Shown here piece after piece: positions 45,647 to 45,787 of a stretch of DNA of 45,787 nt (position 1 is the stretch's first letter; each line of letters starts with the position of its first letter). This DNA comes from Patescibacteria group bacterium (lineage in GTDB: Bacteria > Patescibacteriota > Minisyncoccia > Moranbacterales > UBA2206), in contig JAUPKF010000006.1 in assembly GCA_030837625.1 (NCBI GenBank), positions 1 through 45,787 on the forward strand, given 5' to 3'. The notes under the pieces were generated by a model. That model was given only the letters and a program-made list of their open reading frames with translations, was not told the origin of the DNA and made no database searches. The position numbers and the translations under genes are program-made.

Positions 45647-45787
45647 TGTGAGAGATTCGATCGTTTTCTATCCAATAGCTTGGAAACAATTTATTAAATA
45701 ATCCGGGGTTTTAAAATCTATTCCCATATGCAGTCTTTCAGTATTGTAGTAATCCAGCCAAGCCGGTAGAGCTCTATTAAATGTTTT

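Noticed and set aside
1-45787. tRNA, rRNA, transposase, integrase or phage genes
   Set aside because: None recognised; intergenic spaces are short and accounted for

Overview
A gene-dense bacterial surface-glycan biosynthesis and tailoring region. A ~32 kb + strand run of about 27 tightly packed genes (1-31972) encodes: a PglK/MsbA-like ABC exporter; a GT-C-like membrane protein paired with a GtrB-type GT2; two complete nonulosonic-acid sets (neuB/neuC/neuA twice, one neuB short and lacking the SAF domain, one canonical Neu5Ac-synthase-like); a 980-aa protein fusing a GAD/CSAD-type decarboxylase to a second PLP-type domain; a glutaminase-less AsnB-like amide ligase; a 4,6-dehydratase and an SDR; two HP-motif candidate nonulosonate transferases; an MBOAT plus SGNH O-acylation pair; GT4s; and six of the window's seven SAM methyltransferases. 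A convergent - strand operon follows (GT4, membrane protein, asnB, methyltransferase, GT4). After it come a secreted lipase/LCAT-like gene, a GT2 with DUF2304, another GT2, ugd and a DUF1059-like protein. Non-coding features include a duplicated 41-bp promoter flanking a 4.1-kb block, a dRS3/REP-like palindrome, 8-9-mer stop-to-start repeat arrays and terminators. The best candidate for an undescribed system is the dual-PLP enzyme plus amide ligase, which may make an amine (taurine, beta-alanine or GABA-like) and attach it to an acidic glycan. Gene content and intergenic style suggest a Patescibacteria (CPR) genome, but this is an inference. All family calls come from motif recognition by eye; no database searches were run.
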